In this document: positions 37,490 through 46,716 of the stretch, piece by piece
Numbering within the stretch: the first letter of the stretch is position 1
How the letters are laid out: each line of letters opens with the position of its first letter
Origin: an uncultured Bacilli bacterium
Lineage (GTDB): Bacteria > Bacillota_I > Bacilli_A > RF39 > UBA660
Direction of reading: 5' to 3'
Assembly (NCBI GenBank): GCA_934130165.1
Contig: CAKOXO010000002.1
Span: forward strand, 261,632 to 325,631
Length of the DNA: 64,000 nt
Position numbers and translations under genes: made by a program
Notes under the pieces: generated by a model
Told to the model about the DNA's origin: nothing
What the model saw: only the letters and a program-made list of their open reading frames with translations
Database searches by the model: none

Positions 37490-38245
37490 TTATTTTCCAC
37501 TTTCTTTTTTATACTTTTTTTCATTTGTATCATTTTTATCAATGAACTTTATATCAATAGCTCCATAATCATCAAAGTCTAATTTTAAACTATCAGATAA
37601 CATCTTATAAATTTCATCATATGTTATTTTTTCTAAGTTCAATAGCGATTCTTTTAATTTCTGATTATCTATATATTCATTAAGATAGTTCAGATTTCTT
37701 AATCTTTTCTTAAAATCTACATTCAATTTCAAGTTATCAAAAGATAATGCATAACAATTATAAGAAACGTATTCTTTTATACCATCCTTATTTTCTATTT
37801 TTTTTGATACAAGTATTTTTTTTCCGGTGTTTCTATCAGTAATAAAATTATACTTAATTTTTTGATCATTATAAATTATTCTAAATTGAGAAGGATGATC
37901 AACAAAATTTCCAAATGAAAAACTTATTTTTGCCTTTTTACCAGTTTCTAATATATCACAATCAAATGACTCCTCATCACTATTATATCCACTTATAATA
38001 TAAAATCTACTCTTATCCAAACCAAATAATCTTAAATATCTTGGAAATATTTCACTGACTTCATCTAAACTTCTTTTTAATGTATTATTATCTAACAAAT
38101 CTTCTGCTGGACAAGGAATATTATACTTTGTAAAAATACTACTTTTTTTATATGTGCTTTGTATTATTCCTAACCATTGACCCATTTTTATTTGTAACAT
38201 TTTATCATCAAAAATTGCTTTAGAATAATTTGTATCACTTTTCAT
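37490..38245 (-). CDS. Hypothetical protein
   Basis: The ORF is open from 38275, but the ATG at 38245 (MKSDTNYSK) follows a strong GGGGGAG RBS and removes the overlap with miaB. No motif recognised. Confidence 0.55.
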   Translation of the reverse strand: MKSDTNYSKAIFDDKMLQIKMGQWLGIIQSTYKKSSIFTKYNIPCPAEDLLDNNTLKRSLDEVSEIFPRYLRLFGLDKSRFYIISGYNSDEESFDCDILETGKKAKISFSFGNFVDHPSQFRIIYNDQKIKYNFITDRNTGKKILVSKKIENKDGIKEYVSYNCYALSFDNLKLNVDFKKRLRNLNYLNEYIDNQKLKESLLNLEKITYDEIYKMLSDSLKLDFDDYGAIDIKFIDKNDTNEKKYKKESGK

Positions 38246-38267
38246 ATTATCTCCCCCTAAATCTATT

Positions 38268-39689
38268 CTATTCAACTATTTCACCATTCATACTCCAAGT
38301 TTTTACTTCAGTTATTTTAACATTAATTATTTGACCTATATGTTCAGAACTTCCTTTAACATTAACTAATTTCATAGTATCAGTATACCCCATCAAATAT
38401 TTATTATCTTTTTCACTATAACCTTCAATTAATACTGGAACTATTTTATTTAAATATTTATCATTAGCAAGCTTTGAATATTTATTTACTAGTTCATTTA
38501 ATTGTTGCAACCTTTTATTCTTTTCTTCCAAACTAACATTATCTTCCATTTTTTCTGCAGGTGTACCAACTCTTTTTGAAAAGATAAAAGTAAAAGCAGA
38601 ATCATATTTACATTTATTAACTACATCAAGTGTTTCTTTAAAATCATTTTCATCCTCACCTGGAAACCCTACTATAATATCTGTTGTAATAGATGAGTTT
38701 GGTATAGCTTTTTTTATTTTATTAAATAATGTTAGGTATTCATCCTTTGTATATCTTCTACCCATAAGTTTTAAGATTTTATTTGAACCACTTTGTAGCG
38801 GTAAATGAATATAAGGCATAATATTTTTATTTTCTTTTATTACTTCAATCATTCTATCAGTAAAATCCCAAGGATGACTAGTTACAAATCTTATTCTTGG
38901 TATATTAGTTTTAGCAACATCTTCCAGTAAATTTTCCATGCCATAGTCTATATCTAAATCTTTACCATAAGCATTAACATTTTGTCCTAGTAGAGTCACT
39001 TCCTTATATCCATCTTCAATTAATTTCTTAACCTCTTTTAATATATATTCTGGTTTTCTACTTCTTTGTTTTCCTCTAGTATATGGAACTATACAATAAG
39101 TACAAAACTTATCACATCCATACATAATGTTAATCCATGCCTTGTATTTAGAATCTCTTTTTACAGGAACATTTTCAATAATATCCCCTTCTATACTCAT
39201 AACTTCTATTTCTAGTTCTTTATTCTTTATAGATTCATGTAGTATTTGTGGCAATCTATGAATATTATGTGTTCCAAAGACTATATCAACCCATTTATAC
39301 TTTTCTTTAATCTCTTTAACCACTACTTCTTCTTGAGCCATACATCCACATAATCCTACTACTATATCAGGTCTCTCAGCTTTTAAATGCTTTAGTCTAC
39401 CTAACATTCCAAATGCTTTATTATGGGCATTTTCTCTAATAGAGCATGTATTTAATAATATTAAATCAGCTTTTTCATAATCGAGTGTTTCAGTATATGA
39501 CATATCTTCAAGTATTGCTTTTATATTTTCACCATCATGCTCATTCATTTGACATCCATATGTTTTTATAAAATATTTTTTATTAACACCTAGATTTTTT
39601 TCGTAATCATCAACAAAATAGTCATTATCTTTTACTAATACTTTTTTTCTACTTCTCTTTCTTGCTTCAGTTAAACTTGGCATTATCAT
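38268..39689 (-). CDS. miaB: tRNA-2-methylthio-N6-dimethylallyladenosine synthase
   Basis: KYFIKTYGCQMNEHD (MTTase N-terminal domain), radical-SAM CDKFCTYCIVP, and a C-terminal TRAM domain. Confidence 0.9.
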   Translation of the reverse strand: MIMPSLTEARKRSRKKVLVKDNDYFVDDYEKNLGVNKKYFIKTYGCQMNEHDGENIKAILEDMSYTETLDYEKADLILLNTCSIRENAHNKAFGMLGRLKHLKAERPDIVVGLCGCMAQEEVVVKEIKEKYKWVDIVFGTHNIHRLPQILHESIKNKELEIEVMSIEGDIIENVPVKRDSKYKAWINIMYGCDKFCTYCIVPYTRGKQRSRKPEYILKEVKKLIEDGYKEVTLLGQNVNAYGKDLDIDYGMENLLEDVAKTNIPRIRFVTSHPWDFTDRMIEVIKENKNIMPYIHLPLQSGSNKILKLMGRRYTKDEYLTLFNKIKKAIPNSSITTDIIVGFPGEDENDFKETLDVVNKCKYDSAFTFIFSKRVGTPAEKMEDNVSLEEKNKRLQQLNELVNKYSKLANDKYLNKIVPVLIEGYSEKDNKYLMGYTDTMKLVNVKGSSEHIGQIINVKITEVKTWSMNGEIVE

Positions 39690-39742
39690 AAAAACACATC
39701 CTTACATCTCTTAAATCCACTATATTATACCATCATTACAAT

Positions 39743-39773
39743 TAAAAAGAAAGTACAATATTTTATACTTTCT
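39743..39773 (-). terminator. Rho-independent terminator of the ATPase gene
   Basis: AGAAAGTA (39748-39755) pairs with TACTTTCT (39766-39773). On the minus strand it is followed by T5. One arm overlaps the last codons. Confidence 0.6.
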
Positions 39774-41631
39774 TAACCATTATTAATAAAGAATTTAAAA
39801 TTGAAATCATTGTTACACCAACATCTGCGAACACTGCCATCCAAATGGAAGTGGTTTTTAATACTGCTAATAATAAAACTATAAACTTAACTAATAAAAC
39901 AAATGTAATATTTGCTAACATCTTTTGCTTAACTAATCTCGAAATTTTTATCATTTCAGGTAGTTTTTCTAAATTATCATTCATAATTACGATATCACTA
40001 TATTCAATAGCAGCATCACTACCTATCATTCCCATTGAAACACCAATATCAGCACATTTCATAACAGGAGCATCATTCATACCATCACCAATAAATAATG
40101 TAGTACCTTCTTTTCTTAACTTTTTAACTTTATTTACTTTATCTATTGGAAGGAGTTCAGCAAAATAATTATCCATATCTATACTTTCTGATATTAATTT
40201 TACTGATTTAGTATTATCACCTGATAACATCACAAGATTTTTAATACCCATTTCTTTTAATGACGCTAAAGTCTTTTTAGCATTACTCTTAATTTTGTCA
40301 GATACAACTATATATCCTTCTAGCTTTTTATCAATTGCAATATAAGAAACACTACCTATTACTTCTTTTTCTTCTATAGGAATATTATTTTCCTTCATAA
40401 ACTTAGCTGTACCTATTAAAATAGATTTGTTATTAATCCTACATCTTATACCACTACCACTTATTTCCTTATAATTTTTTATATCTTTATTGTCAATCTT
40501 TTTATTATAAGATTTTACTATAGCACGAGCTATTGGATGATTCGAAAAACTTTCAGCCTTTGCAGCTAACGTTAATAAATCATCTTTAGATAATGTATTA
40601 CTTTCTATTTTTGTAACTTCAAACACACCTTCTGTAATTGTTCCTGTTTTATCAAAGGCAATATTTTGAACATTAACTAACTTATCTAATATATTACTTC
40701 CTTTTATTAAGATTCCATTATGACTAGATTTTCCTATTCCACAAAAATATGATAAAGGAATTGAAATAACTAAAGCACAAGGACATGATGTTACTAAAAA
40801 TATTAGTGACTTATATAACCATGTATTAAAATCTTGTTTAAAAATAAGCACAGGGATTATTACCAAAAGGAATGCTACTACAACTATAATTGGAGTGTAG
40901 ATTTTAGAAAATTTAGTTATAAACTTTTCAGTTTTTCCTTTTTTGTCATTTGAATTTTCTATTAAGTCTATTATTTTATATGCGGTGGAAGTTTCATAAA
41001 TAGATGTAGATTTTACAGTTAAAATAGAATCCTTATTGATATATCCACTTAATACAGAATCATTTTTCTTAACAGTTTTTAAAACAGCCTCTCCAGTTAA
41101 AGATGATGTATCAACACTACTAACACCATCTATGATAATACCATCTAATGGAACTTTTTCACCGGGTTTCACTACAAAAATATCATTTATCTCTACTTCT
41201 TTTATATCAACCTTTTTTATTTCATTATCTTTTTTTAAATTAACAAAATCACTCTTTAAATCTATTAAGGAAACAATTTTCTTTTTGGAATTATCAACTG
41301 CTAAATCAGATAAATACTCTCCTATTTGGAACAATAATACTACAATTACAGCTTCACTATAACTTTTAATAACAAAGGCTCCAATAGTTGCAATAATCAT
41401 TAATATATTTTCATTAAATATTTCACCTTCTAATATTTCTTTAATAGCATTTATATATAGTTCATAGGAAACTATAATATAACTTAATACTAAAAAGATT
41501 AGCTTATATTTAGGGAATACATAAGATAAGACAAAAAGTATTATCGATAAAATTATTTTTAAGGGTTCAATATATTTTTTCAAACTAGACCAACTTTCTA
41601 AATAAATCCATAACTTCATCAATGGATTCAT
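39763..41631 (-). CDS. P1B-type heavy-metal-translocating ATPase (Zn/Cd/Co-type), no N-terminal HMA domain
   Basis: TGEA (SSLTGEAV), CPC (TSCPCALVISIP), FDKTGTITEG, GDGMNDAP. The final TM, AVFADVGVTMISILNSL, is CadA/ZntA-like rather than the CopA MxxSS. The exact start is uncertain because the first ATG overlaps csoR by 47 nt. Confidence 0.85.
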   Translation of the reverse strand: MNPLMKLWIYLESWSSLKKYIEPLKIILSIILFVLSYVFPKYKLIFLVLSYIIVSYELYINAIKEILEGEIFNENILMIIATIGAFVIKSYSEAVIVVLLFQIGEYLSDLAVDNSKKKIVSLIDLKSDFVNLKKDNEIKKVDIKEVEINDIFVVKPGEKVPLDGIIIDGVSSVDTSSLTGEAVLKTVKKNDSVLSGYINKDSILTVKSTSIYETSTAYKIIDLIENSNDKKGKTEKFITKFSKIYTPIIVVVAFLLVIIPVLIFKQDFNTWLYKSLIFLVTSCPCALVISIPLSYFCGIGKSSHNGILIKGSNILDKLVNVQNIAFDKTGTITEGVFEVTKIESNTLSKDDLLTLAAKAESFSNHPIARAIVKSYNKKIDNKDIKNYKEISGSGIRCRINNKSILIGTAKFMKENNIPIEEKEVIGSVSYIAIDKKLEGYIVVSDKIKSNAKKTLASLKEMGIKNLVMLSGDNTKSVKLISESIDMDNYFAELLPIDKVNKVKKLRKEGTTLFIGDGMNDAPVMKCADIGVSMGMIGSDAAIEYSDIVIMNDNLEKLPEMIKISRLVKQKMLANITFVLLVKFIVLLLAVLKTTSIWMAVFADVGVTMISILNSLLIMVKKV

Positions 41632-41884
41632 AATTTTCTTTTTTTATATCATCAACCATACATGTTTTCATATGATTATGTAATAATTCTTGACCTAAAC
41701 TTTTCAATGATTTAGTAACAGCAGCAATTTGTATTAATAATTCGTCACAGTGTCTATCTTCTGAAATCATCTTATTAATCCCCCTAATACTACCTTCAAT
41801 TCTATTTAATCTTATTGTATATTTTCTTTTTTCATCATTACTCATATGTACTACTTTAGTACACCTATCTCTTTCTCTTGTCAT
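41585..41884 (-). CDS. csoR: CsoR/RcnR-family metal-sensing repressor
   Basis: RLNRIEGSIRGINKMISEDRHCDELLIQIAAVTKSLKSLGQELLHNHMKTC gives an x-C-H-C ligand fingerprint. RBS AAGGAGGA. Confidence 0.85.
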   Translation of the reverse strand: MTRERDRCTKVVHMSNDEKRKYTIRLNRIEGSIRGINKMISEDRHCDELLIQIAAVTKSLKSLGQELLHNHMKTCMVDDIKKENYESIDEVMDLFRKLV

Positions 41885-41924
41885 ACATCCTCCTTATTAT
41901 ATATTATATTCGTTCAATGAAATT

Positions 41925-41945
41925 ATATACCCCCTATAGGTATAT
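41925..41945. promoter_or_regulatory. Candidate CsoR operator
   Basis: ATATACC-CCCTATA-GGTATAT: 7-bp inverted arms around a C-rich core, 41-61 nt upstream of the csoR ATG. Confidence 0.5.
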
Positions 41946-41957
41946 GTCAATATAAAT

Positions 41958-41990
41958 AAAAAAAGATTAAACTATATAAACAGTTTAATC
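41958..41990 (-). terminator. Rho-independent terminator
   Basis: GATTAAAC/GTTTAATC hairpin (41965-41990). On the minus strand it is followed by T7. Confidence 0.6.
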
Positions 41991-42003
41991 ATATATTTTA
42001 CAA

Positions 42004-42312
42004 TTATTTTGTTTTCTTTGTTTTTACAACAATACTGGAATTTTTCATATCATCGCTATTTAATAGTGATGCATACATAATTTTCTTTACAGCCTGTGCC
42101 TTATTCATTAAGTCTCTATCACTATTTAAATTGTAACTATCCCTTTTATAATCAGAGGCATCTATTAATACATAATTATCGATTCCTTTCAATGATGTAA
42201 GTAATTCATCATCAAACAATTTCTGATAATATGGAATATTGTTTTCCATATTTTTTCCAAAACTGTTAGTTCTGTATCCTAAAAACAAAACTACTTCTTC
42301 TATTTTACTCAT
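42004..42312 (-). CDS. Hypothetical protein
   Basis: 102-aa ORF in an operon position downstream of the TSCPD gene. No motif recognised. Confidence 0.45.
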   Translation of the reverse strand: MSKIEEVVLFLGYRTNSFGKNMENNIPYYQKLFDDELLTSLKGIDNYVLIDASDYKRDSYNLNSDRDLMNKAQAVKKIMYASLLNSDDMKNSSIVVKTKKTK

Positions 42313-42332
42313 TTTACCTAACTCCCAACTAA

Positions 42333-42590
42333 TTATTTTTTAGTATCAACAGTAACTTCTTCAATTGCCTTTGATAATTGGTCAATACAAGAAGTATCCC
42401 TAAAACCACATTTTATTCCTTTGCATCTTTTTTGAAATTCATCTATATCCATTCCTTCAACTAAGCTAGATATAGCTTTTAAATTTCCATTACATCCACC
42501 TGTGTACCTAACATTGTAAATCTTATTATTATCAATGTCAAATTCTATTTCACTAGAACAAGTATTTTTCGTTTTATATTTGTAATGCAT
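42333..42590 (-). CDS. Small TSCPD-domain protein (TIGR03905-like, four conserved Cys)
   Basis: 85 aa: KNTCSSEIEFDIDNNKIYNVRYTGGCNGNLKAIS...CKGIKCGFRDTSCIDQLSKAI. Confidence 0.65.
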   Translation of the reverse strand: MHYKYKTKNTCSSEIEFDIDNNKIYNVRYTGGCNGNLKAISSLVEGMDIDEFQKRCKGIKCGFRDTSCIDQLSKAIEEVTVDTKK

Positions 42591-42601
42591 TATCCCACTT
42601 C

Positions 42602-43378
42602 CTATATAATTTCAATATCATCATTTTTATTTTGTTTTGATGTTTTTTTAACTTTTTTCTTTGTTTTTTTATTTTTCACTTTCTTTTTCTTTTTATCTTT
42701 TTTCTGCTCAATTTCTTTTATTTCTTTTTCTAATATATTATCAACCTCATCAACGATTTTATCTTTATCAAATAATGTAACAATTATTAAAATAAGTAAA
42801 ACAAATGCCATTAATAAAAGAGTAATTACTATATAATTCAAATTTTCTTTCTTAGTTTGTGTTGTATCTAAGTAAGTATCTGTTAAATACTGTTCAAAAT
42901 TATCCTCTGTAAGTTCAACTTGATTTTCTATAGGAACAAAGTTTTTAATATTTTTAATTGCCAAAGATTTGATATTTGAAGATATCTTCACTGGATACCC
43001 ATATAACCTTAATTTTTCTGGTTTTTCTTCTGTTCTCTCATATGTATAATCTATTATTTTTTTATATTTATCATAATCACTATTTTTTATAGCAATTAAA
43101 TATGTATGCCATTCTAAATCTTCATCCTGTTCAATAACAAAGTGAATTTGTTTATTTTCTTCTTTTATTACTGCAAAAGCCTCAGACATTTGAGATACAT
43201 CTATATATGAGTATTCACCAGTTGATGATACATCTGACCATTTAATTATTTTTCTATCTTTTTCATGTAGTTTATAGGCACATAAAACTAATACTGAACC
43301 TATAACTAAATAAATAAAGCATAATAATATCTTTACAAGTAATCTGAACCTTTTCTTCTTTTTCTTTGCCATAAGCAC
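42602..43378 (-). CDS. Membrane protein with lysine-rich C-terminal tail
   Basis: 258 aa with an N-terminal TM (LLCFIYLVIGSVLVLCAY), a second TM (IVITLLLMAFVLLILIIV), then KKDKKKKKVKNKKTKKKVKK. Confidence 0.55.
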   Translation of the reverse strand: MLMAKKKKKRFRLLVKILLCFIYLVIGSVLVLCAYKLHEKDRKIIKWSDVSSTGEYSYIDVSQMSEAFAVIKEENKQIHFVIEQDEDLEWHTYLIAIKNSDYDKYKKIIDYTYERTEEKPEKLRLYGYPVKISSNIKSLAIKNIKNFVPIENQVELTEDNFEQYLTDTYLDTTQTKKENLNYIVITLLLMAFVLLILIIVTLFDKDKIVDEVDNILEKEIKEIEQKKDKKKKKVKNKKTKKKVKKTSKQNKNDDIEII

Positions 43379-43424
43379 TCCCTCATTTTATCCCCTACAG
43401 AATCTATTCTAACACATTTAAAAG

Positions 43425-43448
43425 AAAAAAACTACCTATTGGTAGTTT
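43425..43448 (-). terminator. Rho-independent terminator after dut
   Basis: AAACTACC-TATT-GGTAGTTT hairpin. On the minus strand it is followed by a T-run (plus-strand A-run at 43425-43431). Confidence 0.7.
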
Positions 43449-43460
43449 ACAATATTATAC

Positions 43461-43922
43461 TTAATTTTTACTATCAGTAGAACCAAATCCTCCTGCTCTT
43501 ACTCCTTCTGCTTTATCATCATCAACAGTTAAATACTTTTGGAAAATAACTTGTCCTATTACATCACCTTTTTTTACTTCTAAATCTTTATCAGAAAAGT
43601 TAAAGTATTGAAAGTAAAAATGTCCTTCATTTGACTCATTATTATAATAATCACTATCAACTATTCCAATACTGTTAGCCATTATGAATCCTTTTTTAGG
43701 ACCACTGCTTCTATTAACAAGCATATAATACTCATCTTCTGCACAATAAGCTTTCAATCCAGTTGGTATAAGGGTTGGTTTAGTTCCAAATTTATATGCT
43801 GGAATTATAACATCTTCGGCTGCTTCTACATCATATCCAGCAGAAAATTTGGTTTTACGTACTGGTAAATTTATTCCCTTATCTTTATATTCCTCTACTA
43901 TTTCAAATCCTCTTTTTCCCAT
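43461..43922 (-). CDS. dut: dUTP diphosphatase
   Basis: SAGYDV, NRSSG, GIVDSDYY and C-terminal RAGGFGST motifs. Confidence 0.85.
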   Translation of the reverse strand: MGKRGFEIVEEYKDKGINLPVRKTKFSAGYDVEAAEDVIIPAYKFGTKPTLIPTGLKAYCAEDEYYMLVNRSSGPKKGFIMANSIGIVDSDYYNNESNEGHFYFQYFNFSDKDLEVKKGDVIGQVIFQKYLTVDDDKAEGVRAGGFGSTDSKN

Positions 43923-43927
43923 ATTTT

Positions 43928-44440
43928 TTATATAGTTATTTTATCTTTTGTCTCTTTTAAAATAACTACTTCTCCCTTCTTCAAAGTTTTTTTAACATCA
44001 ATTAATCTCTGATTTGATGATCCTCTAAAATATAGTGTTGGATCATGTAATTCATCCATAAATAACCCATCTACTAACACATCAATATATTTAAGAGCCT
44101 CTTTATTAAGTAATTTTTCTACATTGTATCCAGTCCATACCCAAACACTTTTTTTGGGATATCTTTTTTTGAATTCTTCTGAAAGCATTCTAGTTGCTTC
44201 TATATTTTTAGGATGCATTGGTTCTCCTCCTAAAATTGATAAACCTTCAACATAATCTTTCTCACATAGATCCATTACTTTTTCTACAGTTTCTTCAGTA
44301 AATTCCTTACCTCCATTAAAATCATGAGTTTCTGGATTAAAGCAATTTTTACAATTAAATGTACATCCTTGTAAAAATATTGAAACTCTTATTCCTGGAC
44401 CATTTGATATATCCATTTTTCTTATTTTATTATATCTCAT
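43928..44440 (-). CDS. nrdG: Anaerobic ribonucleoside-triphosphate reductase activating protein
   Basis: ISNGPGIRVSIFLQGCTFNCKNCFN radical-SAM cluster motif. Sits immediately downstream of nrdD. Confidence 0.9.
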   Translation of the reverse strand: MRYNKIRKMDISNGPGIRVSIFLQGCTFNCKNCFNPETHDFNGGKEFTEETVEKVMDLCEKDYVEGLSILGGEPMHPKNIEATRMLSEEFKKRYPKKSVWVWTGYNVEKLLNKEALKYIDVLVDGLFMDELHDPTLYFRGSSNQRLIDVKKTLKKGEVVILKETKDKITI

Positions 44441-44442
44441 AA

Positions 44443-46599
44443 CTACTCTGCATCCTTATTATCAATATGAATAACTCTTTCTTTTATTTCTTGAGTTCTT
44501 CCTTTATTCCAGAAATTACTTCCGATATATCCACAAGTACGTCTAGCAACATTTAATTTATCATGATCTTTATTACCACAATTAGGGCAATACCATTCTA
44601 AATCATCATCAATCAATATCTCACCAGTATAGCCACATTCTTGACAATAATCTAGTTTAGTATTTAATTCTGCATACATAATATTATCATAAATAAATTT
44701 AATTACTTCCATTACAACATCTAGATTATTACTTAAATTAGGAGTTTCTATATAACTTATAGCTCCACCTGGTGACAACTTTTGGAATTCACTTTCTAGC
44801 TCCAATTTAGAAAATGCATCAATTTCTTCAAATACTGGTACATGATATGAATTAGTAATATAATCTCTATCTGTAATACCTTTAATTACTCCAAAACGTT
44901 CTTTCAAGCATTTTGCGAATTTATATGTAGTTGATTCAATAGGAGTTCCATATACACTGTAATCTACTCTTTCAGCTTCTTTCCACTCTTCACATTTATC
45001 AACTAATCTTTGCATTACTTGAAGTCCAAATTCTTTTCCTTTTCCACCATCAGTATGTGAATGTCCAGTCATAAATTTAACACATTCATAAAGACCTGCA
45101 TATCCTAATGAAATTGTTGAGTAACCATCATGTAATAATTCATGAATAGATTCTCCTTTTTTTAGACGAGCAAGTGCTCCATGTTGCCAAAGAATTGGTG
45201 CAACGTCTGATGTTACTTTAGATAATCTTTTATGTCTTATTTGTAGTGCTCTATGACATAGTTCAAGTCTATCATCTAAAATATTCCAAAATAATTCAGG
45301 ATCTTTATCAGCTGATAAAGCAACATCAACTAGGTTAATTGTAACAACACCTTGGTTAAATCTACCATAGTATTTTGGTTTACCATCTTTATCAACATAT
45401 GGAGTTAAAAATGATCTACATCCCATACATGGATAACATTGTCCATCACCATTTGAATCAACCTTTAATTCTTTCATAATTTTTTCTGATATATAATCAG
45501 GAACCATACGTTTAGCAGTACATTCAGCAGCTAGTTTTGTCAAATAATAGTATTTTCCTTTTTTATTAATATTGTCTTCTTCCAAAACGTATAAAAGTTT
45601 AGGAAAGGCTGGAGTTATATAAACACCCTTTTCATTTTTCATACCTTGAATTCTTTGTTTTAAAAATTCTTCTATAAGCATAGCAAGTTCATCTTTATAT
45701 TTCTTAGTTTCACCTAAATACATACAAACACTTAAGAATGGTGCCTGACCATTAGTTGTAGTCATTGAATTAATTTGATATTGGAATGTTTGTACACCAT
45801 CTGTGATTTCTTTTTTCAAATCTTCTTTAGCATATTTTTCACAATCTTCTTTACTAAATTTACGCTTTTTATATTTATCAAAATGTCTTTTATAGCTTTC
45901 TCTTACAAATGGTGCTAAATGAGTAAGTGTAATTGTACAACCACCATATTGACTTGATGATACTGCGGTAATAAGTTGTGTAGCAATTGTCATAGCAGTC
46001 AAAAATCTATGAGGTTTTTCAATCATTACTCCATTAATATTAGTACCATTTTGTAACATATCTTCAAGATTAATTAAATCACAGTTATGTAGAGCATTTT
46101 GTGCAAAATAATCAGCATCATGAAAATGAATAATTCCCTCATCATGTGCTTCTACTATATCTTCTGGAAGTAAAAAACGTCTTGTTATATCAGTACTAGT
46201 AATACCTGCTAAATAATCTCTTTGAGTAGTAACAACAGTTGAATTTTTATTAGAATTTTCTGTATTCCAATATTCACTTTCTCCTTCTATTAATTCTTTA
46301 ATAGCTAAATCTGTTGTATTACTTTTCCTTACTAAATCTCTTGTATATCTATATGTAATATATTTCTTAGCAAGTGCATATTTACCAATAGACATTAATT
46401 TCATTTCAATAATATCTTGTATATCTTCAACTAGTATTCTTTTCTTACCTAATTTTTCAATATATTTAATAATATTCCTTATTTGAGTAGAAGAAGCTTG
46501 ATCTTCCTCTTGAACCTCTAAATTTGCTTTATTAACAGCATTTTCAATCTTATCTGGACTATAATCAACCATATGTCCATCTCTTTTAATTACTTTCAT
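44443..46599 (-). CDS. nrdD: Anaerobic ribonucleoside-triphosphate reductase
   Basis: ATP-cone start MKVIKRDGHMVDYSPDKI (ATG 46599 after AAGGTAGTGA). C-terminal Zn site CQECGY...CPNCGN and glycyl-radical motif RRTCGYIGS. Confidence 0.92.
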   Translation of the reverse strand: MKVIKRDGHMVDYSPDKIENAVNKANLEVQEEDQASSTQIRNIIKYIEKLGKKRILVEDIQDIIEMKLMSIGKYALAKKYITYRYTRDLVRKSNTTDLAIKELIEGESEYWNTENSNKNSTVVTTQRDYLAGITSTDITRRFLLPEDIVEAHDEGIIHFHDADYFAQNALHNCDLINLEDMLQNGTNINGVMIEKPHRFLTAMTIATQLITAVSSSQYGGCTITLTHLAPFVRESYKRHFDKYKKRKFSKEDCEKYAKEDLKKEITDGVQTFQYQINSMTTTNGQAPFLSVCMYLGETKKYKDELAMLIEEFLKQRIQGMKNEKGVYITPAFPKLLYVLEEDNINKKGKYYYLTKLAAECTAKRMVPDYISEKIMKELKVDSNGDGQCYPCMGCRSFLTPYVDKDGKPKYYGRFNQGVVTINLVDVALSADKDPELFWNILDDRLELCHRALQIRHKRLSKVTSDVAPILWQHGALARLKKGESIHELLHDGYSTISLGYAGLYECVKFMTGHSHTDGGKGKEFGLQVMQRLVDKCEEWKEAERVDYSVYGTPIESTTYKFAKCLKERFGVIKGITDRDYITNSYHVPVFEEIDAFSKLELESEFQKLSPGGAISYIETPNLSNNLDVVMEVIKFIYDNIMYAELNTKLDYCQECGYTGEILIDDDLEWYCPNCGNKDHDKLNVARRTCGYIGSNFWNKGRTQEIKERVIHIDNKDAE

Positions 46600-46660
46600 T
46601 TTTTCACTACCTTTCCTACCTTTGACAAAATAAGTATACCAAGAATATAAAAAAATAGAC

Positions 46661-46676
46661 TGTTGCATTTGCAACA
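46661..46676. promoter_or_regulatory. Perfect palindrome TGTTGCA-N2-TGCAACA, candidate Crp/Fnr-family site
   Basis: 16-bp dyad in the nrdD / crp-fnr divergent region. Its centre lies about 30 nt upstream of a TATACT hexamer (minus strand, 46638-46633) that precedes nrdD. Confidence 0.45.
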
Positions 46677-46716
46677 TTTTACAAAAAATGATAAAATTTT
46701 TACAGAAGGTGTAAAT

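Noticed and set aside
38245-38275. Apparent 8-nt overlap between the miaB 3' end and ORF 37490-38275.
   Set aside because: The ATG at 38245 is preceded by a strong GGGGGAG RBS and gives MKSDTNYSK. The upstream extension has no RBS. The overlap is an artefact of longest-ORF calling.
42602-42740. Long pyrimidine/T-rich low-complexity tract that looked like a regulatory or repeat element.
   Set aside because: On the minus strand it encodes the Lys-rich tail (KKDKKKKKVKNKKTKKKVKKTSK) of ORF 42602-43378. It is coding low complexity, not a separate element.
46600-46716. NrdR box upstream of nrdD.
   Set aside because: I found no match to the acaCwAtATaTwGtgt-type 16-mer by eye. The only strong dyad is the TGTTGCA-N2-TGCAACA site, reported separately.
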